A stretch of DNA of 64,000 nt, taken from positions 30,752,001-30,816,000 of the forward strand of contig NC_043002.1 in assembly GCF_006345805.1 (NCBI RefSeq). The letters are read 5' to 3'. The stretch is from Octopus sinensis. Taxonomy: Eukaryota. Below, piece by piece: positions 13,095 to 25,849 of the stretch. Made by a program: the position numbers and the translations under genes. The notes beneath the pieces are model-generated. The model was not told the DNA's origin. It saw only the letters and a program-made list of their open reading frames with translations, and searched no databases. Each line of letters begins with the position of its first letter. Positions within the stretch are counted from its first letter, which is position 1.

Positions 13095-13960
13095 TTACAT
13101 ATAACTTAGATAGGTTTCGGTCAGTATTGGCTCAGGCCACGTCTAACTTAATAGCACCACCTGGTGAAGTCTTTCAGATCGTGGCCCATTCTATCAAGGA
13201 TGTATTATTGTTAGAGACATATCCGAGTATAGAAGGCTGGTCCGAGATTTTTTGGTGAAATTTGTCCGGAGAACTTTTGTGTTCTATGGAATGTATTTTG
13301 ATGTATTTTGGTATGACATTAAAGAGAGCTGGACCGGTTGTGTTAAACTAGTTGTGTCGTAATGTCGTTATGTGTCCTGAGTTCGATTTTTGTAGTCGGC
13401 GGATAGCACGGAGACAAATTCTTGGGTGGATTATAAAACTGATGCCAGCATCATTTCTGCAATATTGATTTCCACATCACACAAATGATGTAGCGCTCAT
13501 GGAGGCATTGGAGTGAGTAGAGATTAATTTTTTTTAGTCGACCCCAGTAGTCAATGGCTGCCATGCCGTCTTTATTTCTAGTTATTGACATCTGGAGTGA
13601 TTCCACTTTCTTAATGCTTTGCTTCGTGTGGGGAGACCACATTAGCAACGGTATTGAAGGTGAATTCGAGCAACGGTAGAGTAGAAAAGAATGATGTTGT
13701 GAGCATCTTTAGACCAGAAAGTTATCAGAATCTAGGAGCACATCATGCGGGCCAAGTCAACCTAGCTGTTTACGTGGAAACTTCAGTTTAAATTCTTATC
13801 AACAGTTACACCATACCAATATGCCGAGGGAAGAGCATGTTGTAGTATCAGAATATTCTCTTTCGAAAGTGGATCAAATTAATTTATCAACATATTGTTC
13901 TTTTCCGTTCATTGGACAAGACATGTAGTGTAATTCTTTTACAACAATAAATTTCATTTC
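13095..13960 (-). mobile_element. CR1-like LINE 3' fragment (RT C-terminus + 3'UTR)
   Basis: VDKNLN.SFHVN..VDLARMMCS, WSPHTKQSIKKVESLQMSITR..GMAAIDYWGRLKKINLYSLQ..HERYII..MWK, TGPALFNVIPK, DQPSILGY. Confidence 0.85.
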
Positions 13961-15431
13961 ATATTCGAGCCCCGATGAAGCTATAAGGTGTTATTCAGGC
14001 ACTCAACTATGAGCCCACAACATCGTATAGCAGAAACAACTATAAGGTAACGAAGATAATCATTTATTCCTTTGTCTCTTCTCTTTCTTATCCCATCCAT
14101 ATATGCCCATAAAATAAAATGAAGTCTTAAAATTCCACAGTATTTAGATGAAACATTATGGTAAGCTTTCACAATCTGGAAAAAAAGGACATGCAACTGT
14201 TAGCTACGCGTGTCGACTATCTACTGAAGATTTCGTATGCTCAGTCAGATGCTTCTCGGCGAGTTCATGTCCATAAAGTAGGTGCAGGTTCCCGTTGCGA
14301 AAACATAATCAAGGCTATATATGGGTTAAACAGGTCCATCCTTAGAGATGAACTGAGTAACGACATTTGAGTCTTATAGATCCAGCTGTGTGGACTATGA
14401 TGCGAGCAGAGACATTGCTTCTTCCGTTTAAGAAGTCGTGGAGGTGATAGACGAATATAACAGTTGCTGACATTTTCCAAATGATTCTGGCAGTGGTCGT
14501 AGATGTCATGGTGGTGAGAAAGGGCATTGAAGACTTGCCCTTGGTTGGCACCTGTCGCGCTAAAGGAGACTGCCTTCATTGACACTAGTGGCGGCGGTAA
14601 ATGTCGTAATCATAGAGAGATTAAATCTCGTAATTCAACATTAGACGTTTTGAAAATTATGGAAGGAACGTTCTCATCTTGCTTACAGAAACAACAGCTT
14701 AAACTGGGAAATTTCAAGCACGATCACTTGTCTACCTCGCCAGAATAAATTGATAGAAAATAGATTTAATGTTAATAAATAAGAATATGTATTCTTCCCT
14801 TGCTCTCAGGAACATATTTTTGAATATGTTTCATGAACATACGAACGCTTAAAATTATGTAACATCTCATAAAATGACCACTAAAGCCATGAATACACAT
14901 ACACATGTGCGCAAGGGTGTGATGCATGCTGTATGCCTTTATTTAAGTTTTAGTATGGTGTAGTGAAACAGCTTGAAAGCCAATAGCCATGGATATTTTA
15001 CCTAACACTTGCCTCCTGCACCGCACACACGAACAAAAACTGCACGCACGTTTCCTCCCCTTATCTATGTCTCATATGTTTCACTCAATACCAGCAGGCA
15101 AAGTTTAAAGTTCCTCAAAGTCTCGTGTCCTCTCACATATCTTAGTCGAACATAAGCGAAGAATACCGACATTTAATGGGAACCCTTTAAAATTGCAAGG
15201 TTTTCGCAGGAATTCTAATGTAGCATAGTTAATCCATAATTAAAGAATATACTTATACACAAAATGTGATGAGCATTCATGCTCACTGTTATATAAATAA
15301 ATTATGATAAATTATGAAGACAGAGTGAGAGAAGGGGGAAGAAAAATACATATACATATTAATGTATGTTTGTGTATTTGTATGTGTGTGTGTTTGTGAG
15401 TGTGTAGGTTCTTGTTTGCGGATGTATGAAG

Positions 15432-15483
<52 letters not shown>

Positions 15484-15484
15484 C

Positions 15485-15699
15485 AAAATGTGACCTCGTG
15501 AGTACCGTTGGCGATTTTTTCCTCTGTCTGTCTACCCATCTCTGGATCTTTCCGTCTCCTATGTTTCCGACGAAGAGCTCCGCTCGAAACGTTAAACCCT
15601 CCTTTTTTCTTTCTTTCCTGAGGTCCCTATAATACTATATTTGTTCCACGTCCTCGCGTTGTTGGGTTTTTTTGTGCTTTCTTATTTGGATTAACTTTA
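15485..15699 (+). mobile_element. ~210-bp (TA)n-embedded non-autonomous element carrying a hammerhead-like motif (copy 1)
   Basis: Same ends (AAAATGTGACC...GGATTAACTTT) and body as 38175-38385; (TA)n on both sides. Confidence 0.75.
15563..15597 (+). ncRNA. Minimal type I hammerhead ribozyme-like motif, U4C core variant
   Basis: GTTT-CCGACGA-A-GAGC(TCC)GCTC-GAA-ACGT-T-AAAC: stem I GTTT/AAAC, stem II GAGC/GCTC, palindromic stem III ACGT. Confidence 0.55.
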
Positions 15700-15700
15700 T

Positions 15701-15751
<51 letters not shown>

Positions 15752-15966
15752 ACATGTATACGCGCGCACATGCCACAACGTTTTGTTATGTAGCACGGAT
15801 GGCTAGTAAGATGTGCGTTTCTGTTTGAAACCACAAGATGATTAAAGAAACTTGTTACTGCATAAATCGCACACCAGTCTGTCCTATGCCCTGACGATTC
15901 TACTAGGTGTCCGCTATACATATATGCACAGACAGAGACACACACACAAGCATACATACAGACATA

Positions 15967-16004
<38 letters not shown>

Positions 16005-16371
16005 AACAGTGGTACATCAAGACACCAATGTTTATTGGAAATAGTTGTCGATAAGTTTACGTCGCTATATTAAAGTTTCACTGTATATATTCTGGCAAAT
16101 ATGTATGCGTGTAGCGAACATAAAAAATTTCATCTTACCTCTAGAAAGAACAGTAGATAAATGGACAACCCAGAATCGGATAATCTCGTACCTAGGTTTT
16201 GGACTCTTCAAATACGTTTATTATCGTAAATTTGATTAGTCTTCTTCAGGTAGAGTTACCTGGACAATATTTCAAATGTGGCTACACCTGTGCCAGTATA
16301 CTCACCTGAAATCCTACCGTAAAAAACCGATAACAGTGGAAAAGTTTTCAATGAAAAAATTAATATTGATC

Positions 16372-16565
16372 TCTTTATTGCCCATGAAGAGGACAAACAA
16401 GAACAGAGAAAGATATTAAGGAGATTATACCGACCCCAGTGCGTAACTCGTACTTATTTAATCGACCCCGAAAGGATAAAAAGGAAAGTCGAACTCGGCG
16501 GAATTTGATTTCAGAACGTAACGGGAGTCGAAATACTGCTAAGCATTTCGCTCGGAGTGCTAACT
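16372..16565 (-). mobile_element. SINE family B (Meta/MESC-like core)
   Basis: GACCCCAGTGCGTAACTCGTACTTATTTAATCGACCCCGAAAGGATAAAAAGGAAAGTCGAACTCGGCGGAATTTGA matches 44861-45100. Confidence 0.85.
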
Positions 16566-16654
16566 ATTTAAATATTGAAATACAAACGTATCACTTTCCA
16601 ATCAAATGAAGCACGGTAAATGTAGAAGTGTAAAAATATATGTCTGCATGTATC

Positions 16655-16808
16655 GTGTATGTATGTATGTATGTATGTATGTATGTATGTATGTATGTAT
16701 GTATGTATGTATGTATGTATGTATGTATGTGTGTATGTATGTATGTATGTATGTATGTATGTATGTATGTATGTATGTATGTATGTATGTAGATGTGTGT
16801 GTGTGTGT
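16655..16808. repeat. (TATG)n microsatellite
   Basis: Direct sequence. Confidence 0.97.
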
Positions 16809-17489
16809 TCGGGCAATGTTTAGCAGTTAGCATAGACAGAAAATAAAGCACAATTTGGCTTCCAAGAACCCCGAAGCACTGTAAAAAATTCAAAGAATAT
16901 GAACGAGATTATGGCTTGTAGATAACAGTTTAGCCACAGTAGCCGCCTTTAACTTTGACACCTGGCACGAATCATCATGATACAGGTACCTCTTTTCCAA
17001 TATTCAGATGGCTTGCAATCGCACTGTCAGCAAACATTTTGTCAATTACAAATTTACTGTTCAATGTCTCCAGCGCCGTTGAATATATGCCAATAAATCA
17101 ACGCTGTTCTTGAAAAAAGGAGACACTTTATGTTATCAATTTAAGTCGGAGACCCAGTAAACACACACTCAGTTAGCACACACACACACCACAACACAAT
17201 ACACACATATATCTATACACACAGACTCACACGCACACACTCACACACACGCACACACACATATATATATATATATCTTATACCTGACTTCCATTGATGA
17301 TAGTATTGTTGGTGGCACTTTTGATTTGAGGCTAAGCAAAACTGCGATAAATTTATTTCTCATGTCACGTAATTTTCATATTTCGGATATATTTTTCTAC
17401 ACACACACATGAACATACACACATATATATAAACGTACGCACATGCCCCCCCCCATATATATATATGATATATATGTATATATATATAT

Positions 17490-17503
17490 ATATAGAGAGA
17501 GAG

Positions 17504-17534
<31 letters not shown>

Positions 17535-17539
17535 CAGAC

Positions 17540-17621
<82 letters not shown>

Positions 17622-17689
17622 CCAGACAGACGAAAAGACAGTGACAGATCCAGTCACACAGACACAAAGACAGGCATATAAATAGATAA

Positions 17690-17734
<45 letters not shown>

Positions 17735-17739
17735 CAGAC

Positions 17740-17800
<61 letters not shown>

Positions 17801-17818
17801 AAGATAGATAGATAGATC
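17490..17818. repeat. (AGAT)n microsatellite, interrupted
   Basis: Direct sequence. Confidence 0.95.
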
Positions 17819-18377
17819 CACCACTACCACTACCACCCTACCCCTACAGCCATCTAGTAAATTACGTCATACTACTTACTATCTATCCTTTAAGCTGCAA
17901 TTTGAAACGTTCCGGTATCCAACATACACATTGCATATGGAAGCATCAAAGTGTCCCAACTTCCCCTCGAATCAGTTGTTCTTTTAAGACGACGGAAGTG
18001 AAAATACACAATAAAGGGAAAAAAAAAAATGAAGAATCGACTGTTAATGCCAGCCAAAGTTAGAATATCAATAGTTATTAGAGGAAATGCCAAAATCTTT
18101 GACTGAGGAATCATGTTGCAAGTGAACTGGAATTATGTTGTCAGAAGCGAAGCAATAATTTTGGATAAATTCTGCACACGCCCATCACCACCAAAAACTG
18201 TCGGCAAAATCTCAATCTAGCTACATTTATTCAAATATTTGTTGTTGTTCCAGTTGTTTTTGTTGTTATAAATATTATTTGTTCTTCACAGTTCGTTTTA
18301 CTTCACTACCGTACAATTTACACTCTGTGTATGCACCTATATGTGTGTGTGTGTTTATATGTATGTATGTATGTATG

Positions 18378-18420
<43 letters not shown>

Positions 18421-18595
18421 TATCTATCTATCTCTGTGTATATATATACTCGTGTATATATATATATATACATAAGTATATATACACACACACATATTTA
18501 TATATATGCATACATATATATATGTACATACGTATGTATATACTTACATATATATATATATGCATGTACGAATGTGCATATATATATGTATATAT

Positions 18596-18647
<52 letters not shown>

Positions 18648-19616
18648 TTACATACATACATATGATATGTGGCAGGCAGATAGTGATACTTACAGACACT
18701 AAGTGATCACAGATGGAGAAATGAATAACATAAGAATACGAATATATGCACATGTGTGTGTGCTTGACTCTGTGTGCGTGTATGTATGTATGTGTGTCCG
18801 TATTCATGTGTAAGCGTGAGTTAACGGATAACTAGACAGATGAATATATACCTGCTTAGATTGATATACAGATGTAACTCAAACGAATTTGGCTAGCATC
18901 TACGAAATTAATCCGTATATAAGTAGATACCAGGCCTTTCAGAGATTACGTATTATGAGTTGCTATTATTGCTATGAACCGACAGATATATTTTATAACA
19001 TGGCTGAAACACATGGCGTTGCTTCTAGACGAGGGAATCTTCGGTTTTTCTTTAATATTTCTCAGAATATTTAACTAGGTGTATGAAGAGGAAATACGTA
19101 TATGCATTTGAGATAATTCCATAGGGAATATACTGGCCATGTCTAGCAGAGACTGGAAAAAAGAGAACGTCGATTATATTAGATATCTAAGCAATATGCA
19201 CTTAAATACGTTCATGTATATATATATATATGTAAGATACTTTATTGATCACTCCGATTGTTTCAGCCTATCGTGATTTTCACTGAAGTCTTTCCTGTAT
19301 GCGAGTAGATACAGACAACTACTAAAATGTATTCTAATCGAAAAAAGCGAAACGGTGATTAAAAAAAACAGGGGTACCTTTTGACAAGTCATTTGACAAG
19401 ATTCTGATGCTATAAATGATGCACCACAACTACTTGTAGAGCATCTCAGTCACGATGAATCAATGCACGATGTGTCGAAGCGATCGTAATGATTAATAAT
19501 CTCGCGAATTCCATTTTTCTCTTGAAATAAAACCAATGGTATCTATACTATGGATGACATCTTGTTGCGGAATACATTGAAGGGTGACTAAATGGCATAC
19601 TACAAGGTGTGAACCC

Positions 19617-19698
<82 letters not shown>

Positions 19699-19705
19699 TA
19701 TATAT

Positions 19706-19993
19706 TAGTCGAAAGACACATGTTGTTATGTCCTGTTATTACTTTTGTTGTATTTATTATTGTACTTATTTTTGTATAACTTAGTCCGTTATTCTCTGCT
19801 TTCTTCTATGGTATCTAATGCTCTTAGCTTAATTTTTTCCTTGGGCTGGGCAAATTGGAACAATCTTTTGACTGAGGAAAGAAAGCTTCGAATGATCCGT
19901 CCTTGTTTTCTTTGTATCGTGTATCTGGTTGTTTTGTTGTCCCTTTTTGTATCGCCTAGCTGTCCGGATGTTTTGCATTCTTGTCCCATTTTG

Positions 19994-19995
<2 letters not shown>
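19706..19995 (+). mobile_element. (TA)n-embedded element, diverged relative of the 22691-24247 unit (opposite strand)
   Basis: Shares TCGAAAGAC, TCTAATGC.CTT.GCTTA, TTGACTGANGA..GCTTCGAATG..CCGTCC with the minus strand of the tandem unit; TA arrays on both sides. Confidence 0.5.
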
Positions 19996-20033
<38 letters not shown>

Positions 20034-20067
20034 GCGTAGTATACTTTGCTCTCTCTCTCTCCCTCTC

Positions 20068-20108
<41 letters not shown>

Positions 20109-20974
20109 TTATTTGGGTGTAAGTGTGTGTGTCTCTGTGTGTTACTATAGTAATTTTTTTCTTTTACTTGTCGCAGTAATTTGGCTGAATGCTAGTGCAT
20201 GGCCTTTTTTGTGCATGTGTATATATGCATCTACACATGCATTCACATATATAGCTATATATACATGCTTATACAAACACATTATTGTATGTATACAGAA
20301 TCATCTTATATGATCCAGAATGTTCTCCCATTACTCTTGGTCAATGCTCACGAATATTTATGAATAATTTCCCATACCAGATGCGCACCCACTCAAAAAC
20401 ATACGCATACACATACACGCGCACAAACATTACCACACCTTCCAACCACTTTAGCACATCAGATCAGATCAGATAAGTTCCTTATTGCTATGCTTTGTAA
20501 ACTTCGAGATCCTTAATCCCGTTATCAGTTTAGGTCTTCACTGATTTTAGTATTGGTCATAAAACTTTAATTTGACACTTGCTGACCACCACCGTCGGAC
20601 CACCATCACCGCCGCCGCCACCACCTCTGACATGGGAGTGGTAACAGCATGATGGCGATGAGGAAACGGAAGAAGCAAATTTAAAGCTAACGAAATTGAT
20701 ATTGAAGAGTCGAGATATGTGTGAGGACAAAGTGTTATCAAGAAAATATATTCATGTTATGATATCTAATCAAAAGACAGGGGTCAATTTTTCCCCTCCC
20801 CTTTCTGCATACTTGCTCTGACCATAAACTCTGCTAAGTCACTTACTTCCAAATATGGAAACGATTAATGAGCGCCTTTATTCAGTCCGCTGTATCCTTT
20901 CCACTTACCCCTGTTTTACCTCCTCCTTTTCACCATCCTCATTATCCTCCTCCTCCCCCTCCTTTATCTATTAC

Positions 20975-21053
20975 TACTACTACTATTACCACCACCAACA
21001 CCATCACTACTACTAATACTACTACTACCACCACTACTACCACCACCACCACC

Positions 21054-21099
<46 letters not shown>

Positions 21100-21245
21100 T
21101 ACTACTACCACCACGAACACAATCACTACTACTACTACCACCACCATTACTACTATTACCACCACCAACACCATCACTACTACTAATACTACTACCATCA
21201 CCACTACTACTACCAACACCATCACTACTACTCCTACTACTACTG
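20975..21245. repeat. Compound (ACT/ACC)n microsatellite
   Basis: Direct sequence. Confidence 0.9.
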
Positions 21246-21648
21246 CTGCGGCTATTTCTTTCTTTTTCTTTTTCTTTTCTTCCGCTCCTTTATCGTCTAT
21301 TGCTTCTATTACTTCTACTGTCTTATTTTCCTCTCCTGTTCCCTCGTCTCTTTATCTTCTTCAGTCTTGCTTTTCCTTTTCAGCTGTATGTTTGTCTTTT
21401 ACTTGTGTTACAAGCCTCACCTGATTCTCTTTATTTTTCTTTCACATTTAGGGCACCTCCACATAATTTTGTAAATCTCGACAATTTAAGGGGGAGCTTG
21501 TGGTTTGGTTTATTGCTGGTTATTTGCCCTATTTTGAGAAAATAAAACCCAAATTCCAAACAACAAAAGAAATACAATTACTTTTACTAATGAACGTGTG
21601 GATGTGGCACAAGCAATGTATTGATAAGACGATTAGAGAAAGAAAAGT

Positions 21649-21683
21649 GTTTTACGTTTCGAGCATAGCTCACCTTCGGAAAC
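21649..21683 (-). ncRNA. Degenerate hammerhead-like motif with the same architecture as 15563 and 38247
   Basis: Minus strand GTTT-CCGAAGG-T-GAGC(TAT)GCTC-GAA-ACGT-A-AAAC; all three stems kept, core has two substitutions. Confidence 0.45.
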
Positions 21684-21842
21684 AGAAAAAGCATGAACGT
21701 CCAAGACGAACTAGAAAAACAATGGCTAACAATCACATGCGGTTACATTTTTCTGTAAGAGACAGAAAATGGAATTCCCGAAATATTTATTGAGAACTAC
21801 TATGATTGTTTCGATCCATCATCCACCAGTATATTTACATGC

Positions 21843-22050
21843 TCTTTACTCTTTTACTTGTTTCAGTAATTTGACTGTGGCCATGCTGGAGCACCGCCTT
21901 TAGTCGAGCAAGTCGGTACCAGGACTTATTCTTTGTAAGCCTAGTACTTATTCTATCGGTCTCTTTTGCCGAACCGCTAAGTTAAGGGGGACGTAAACAC
22001 ACCAGCATCGGTTGTCAAGCGAACACAGACACACAAACACACACACACAC
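21843..22050 (-). mobile_element. SINE family A, 3' module only
   Basis: TACTCTTTTACTTGTTTCAG...GCCGAACCGCTAAG...CATCGGTTGTCAAGC followed by (CA)n. Confidence 0.85.
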
Positions 22051-22412
22051 ACATATGACAATGCATAAATTTAATTATAATTACTATGATTATAATTATT
22101 TTCTTACATATTTGTATTGTCCTTTGAAATGCGCGTATGTAATGAATACTAATTTGTATTAAATCTAATAAATCTAATGCAACATCTTTCTCTCCTCCAT
22201 TTTCCTATAAATTTTATAGTATAATACCAATAACGATATTTTTAATTACTATTTTCATATTCTTATTACTTGCTCTGGCTGTTTATTTCATAAATATGAT
22301 GAATCTTTATTAGAAATCATTCTTTCTCTCTTTTTGGACCTCTCAAAATGTTTGAATTGTTCTTTTTTAAACTTATCTTTCACACATATGAATTTTCTTA
22401 TTATACTTCATT

Positions 22413-22458
<46 letters not shown>

Positions 22459-22613
22459 TGTGTGTGTGTGCGTATATGTAGGTATGTATTTGAGTCTGTT
22501 GTTTGCCTATCTATGTATATATATATACATATATACGTAAACACATACAAAAATGTATTTGTGCATGTATATATATGTGTATGTATGTATGTACGTATGC
22601 ACACATGTCTGTA

Positions 22614-22690
<77 letters not shown>

Positions 22691-22693
<3 letters not shown>

Positions 22694-24247
22694 TAAACAG
22701 TAAAATTAAATACAGACATGGACAAGAACATGAAACACCACAGAGACGACACAAGAACCACAGGACGGGACATTCGAAGCCCTCAGTCATCAGTCAAGAA
22801 CCAGATCATCTTAGCAATTTCGGCTGATTAATCTTGAGATTGCTCCGATATGGCCAGCCCGCCAAGGGAAATCTAAGCCAAGCGCATTAGATCCCCTGGA
22901 AGAAAGCTTCGAATGTATACAACGAAAGGACGGAAAACGATCGAAGTACACAAACAAAAATACAGAATACGTGACACCAATAAGAATACAAAAACGTAAA
23001 AACAATAACGGTAAAAATAAAAAATAAACAACAAAACAAAACCAGGACGTAGGACAAAGGTCTTTCGACAGGACGATTTGAGTAGGGGCTGGCTTGTGAA
23101 GTTGTGCCTAAAGGCCACGGGGAGACGAACAAATCCGTGTTGCTTCTGAGGCTGCTGAAAACGAAAAGAGCGCTCAACAGCGGCTAGCTGTCACGTGAGA
23201 ACAAAAGACAGGAGAAAGGGACAGATGAAAAGGGAGAGAAGGTGGACGAGGGAGGAGAAGAAAGAGACAGATCGAGGGGGCTGGAGGTGAGAGAGATAGA
23301 GAAACGTAGAAAGGGGGGGGGGACGGATGGAGAGGGAAAGAACGGAAGTGGAATAAGGGAGGAGGGAGAGAGAGAGAGAAAAAGAGACAGATTAAGAGTC
23401 GTATCAAAGCTTGAGAAAAAAATATACTTATCGTATAAGGACAATTGTGGATACGTAGCCGCCGATTATATAGGTAAACAGTAAAATTAAATACAGACAT
23501 GGACAAGAACATGAAACACCACAGAGACGACACAAGAACCACAGGACGGGACATTCGAAGCCCTCAGTCATCAGTCAAGAACCAGATCATCTTAGCAATT
23601 TCGGCTGATTAATCTTGAGATTGCTCCGATATGGCCAGCCCGCCAAGGGAAATCTAAGCCAAGCGCATTAGATCCCCTGGAAGAAAGCTTCGAATGTATA
23701 CAACGAAGGACGGAAAACGATTTCGAAGTACACAAACAAAAATACAGAATACGTGACACCAATAAGAATACAAAAACGTAAAAACAATAACGGTAAAAAT
23801 AAAAAATAAACAACAAAACAAAACCAGGACGTAGGACAAAGGTCTTTCGACAGGACGATTTGAGTAGGGGCTGGCTTGTGAAGTTGTGCCTAAAGCCACG
23901 GGGAGACGAACAAATCCGTGTTGCTTCTGAGGCTGCTGAAAACGAAAAGAGCGCTCAACAGCGGCTAGCTGTCACGTGAGAACAAAAGACAGGAGAAAGG
24001 ACAGATGAAAAGGGAGAGAAGGTGGACGAGGGAGGAGAAGAAAGAGACAGATCGAGGGGGCTGGAGGTGAGAGAGATAGAGAAACGTAGAAAGGGGGGGG
24101 GACGGATGGAGAGGGAAAGAACGGAAGTGGAATAAGGGAGGAGGAGAGAGAGAGAAAAAGAGACAGATTAAGAGTCGTATCAAAGCTTGAGAAAAAAATA
24201 TACTTATCGTATAAGGACAATTGTGGATACGTAGCCGCCGATTATAT
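22691..24247 (-). repeat. Head-to-tail tandem duplication of a ~780-bp unit (22691-23471, 23472-24247), PLE-terminus-like
   Basis: Two nearly identical units differing by a few small indels; junction GATTATAT|AGGTAAACAG; begins at (TA)n. Confidence 0.93.
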
Positions 24248-25481
24248 AGATATACGCACGCACATCTCTGCATGTTTGTACAGGGTGTATTTGTGTTTTG
24301 TGTGTGTGTGCGTGTTAGTGTGTCAGAGAGAAAGAGAGGGGAGTGAGAGAAATAGAGAATGTAAGAGAGAGATGCCGTGTGAGTGACAGCTTATAGAAGT
24401 GCCTGCCAGGAGTGTGGTGTGTGCTTAACTTTGGCCTGTTTCACTGATATCAACAAGTATTAGAAGATGAAAGTTGTCAGCTAGTTCACTTCAATGTCAT
24501 GCATTGCTATTAATTGGACTGGAATGCTGAAATAGCTTGATTTTATGATAACAGTCTCCCTCACCAGCCTATCGATCGCCAATCTCTCTGTTATCATTTT
24601 TTCCTGATTCTTCCTAGCTCTTCGTTGCTATATCGCTGACTTCACAAATTCTGTGGTCTGAAACTGCTCCTTCCATTCATTCCATACCATAAAATCTTTA
24701 CTGATTTATTCAGTATTACCTTATTTAGCGACTCGCTTGCTCATTTACTCACATAGTTACATACTAACTGAAGTACTCACAAGAATCTATTTCTTCTTCA
24801 TCTCTCAGACGCACGAAACTCTCGGCTCTTCAGTCACTTTGTAACTTCTGCCTAATTCTATTTAAAAACGTATACATACTCATGTTTTGAGTTTCATTTT
24901 CTAGTTTGCATCATGAAACATATGTATAAATCTATTCAATGGATTTCTCTTTCCTCCAAGCTAATTATGAATCGGTACATATTTATTAAAAAATTGTCAT
25001 AATACATGCACCTACGCCTGTACACACATGAATGATTTTTAAAAATTCGTAATGTCCACACACACATGCACACACACGCACACACACACATAGACGTACT
25101 TAGTACTTTTGGTTAGAGTGCAAATTTATAATTCTTCATTAGTATACTTTAGCGAGGATAGTATTGACACTATCAATATATTCACTTTAAAGAATGTTTA
25201 TGTGCGTACGACTCTGTGTGTGTGTGTTTGTGAATAATCATGTCTGAAAATAAATGGTCTGGAAGATATAATCGAGCATTACAGGTGTTTCAAAAGCACA
25301 TTGGGTACATCTTACATAACATTACAAATGTTTTGTAGTTGTCCGTTGTGCTCTTTAAATAGTTACATACTACTGTTCAACTTCAAGTGCCACAAGGACA
25401 ATTTTGTTGTTCACTCTTCTATTCGTCTGATTTGATCACTGGGATTGGATATTGTCGGGATTATCAAATTTGTACTGTATA

Positions 25482-25577
25482 GGATCGTACCTCAACTGGA
25501 TCGTACCTCAACTGGATCATGCCTTAACTGGATCGTACCTCAACAATATAGTACCTCGACTAGATCATACCTCAAAC
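25482..25577. repeat. 16-bp minisatellite GGATCGTACCTCAACT x6
   Basis: Copies at 25482, 25498, 25514, 25530, 25546 and 25562 with 0-6 mismatches. Confidence 0.9.
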
Positions 25578-25849
25578 GGAACTCTGCTCCAAGACCAGTG
25601 ATATTATTAATTGTATTAGATCTTTAGAAAATAAGGATAAATGTTAGTTCATTCAATTCAGCATTGATAATTTTTATTGTATTATTTCCCCGATCTCACG
25701 AGACTGATGATTTATATTTGCAATGAAAATTTCTGATCTTACCTGAAAAGAAACTGATGCTATTTTCACAGACCATCGCGCTGTTATGAATTTCTATAGA
25801 AAGCTTTGGATTTAAATAACTTAAACATCTTTATAGGATGTAGGGACTA

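Noticed and set aside
16260-16305. Possible 46-nt minus-strand exon (G)EYTGTGVATFEILS(R) with TTTCAG / GTAACT sites
   Set aside because: No partner exon with a good acceptor; the plus strand of 16000-16340 has faint RT-like remnants (RRYIK..IFW, SYLD, YRKKP), so decayed PLE is as likely
21451-21793. Strong acceptor at ~21450 and ORF 21500-21793
   Set aside because: All frames from the acceptor hit stops without a donor; the region overlaps a minus-strand repeat carrying the 21649 motif
24770-24840. CTGAAGT...CACGAAACTCTCGG as another hammerhead
   Set aside because: Core mismatched and no convincing stems I or II
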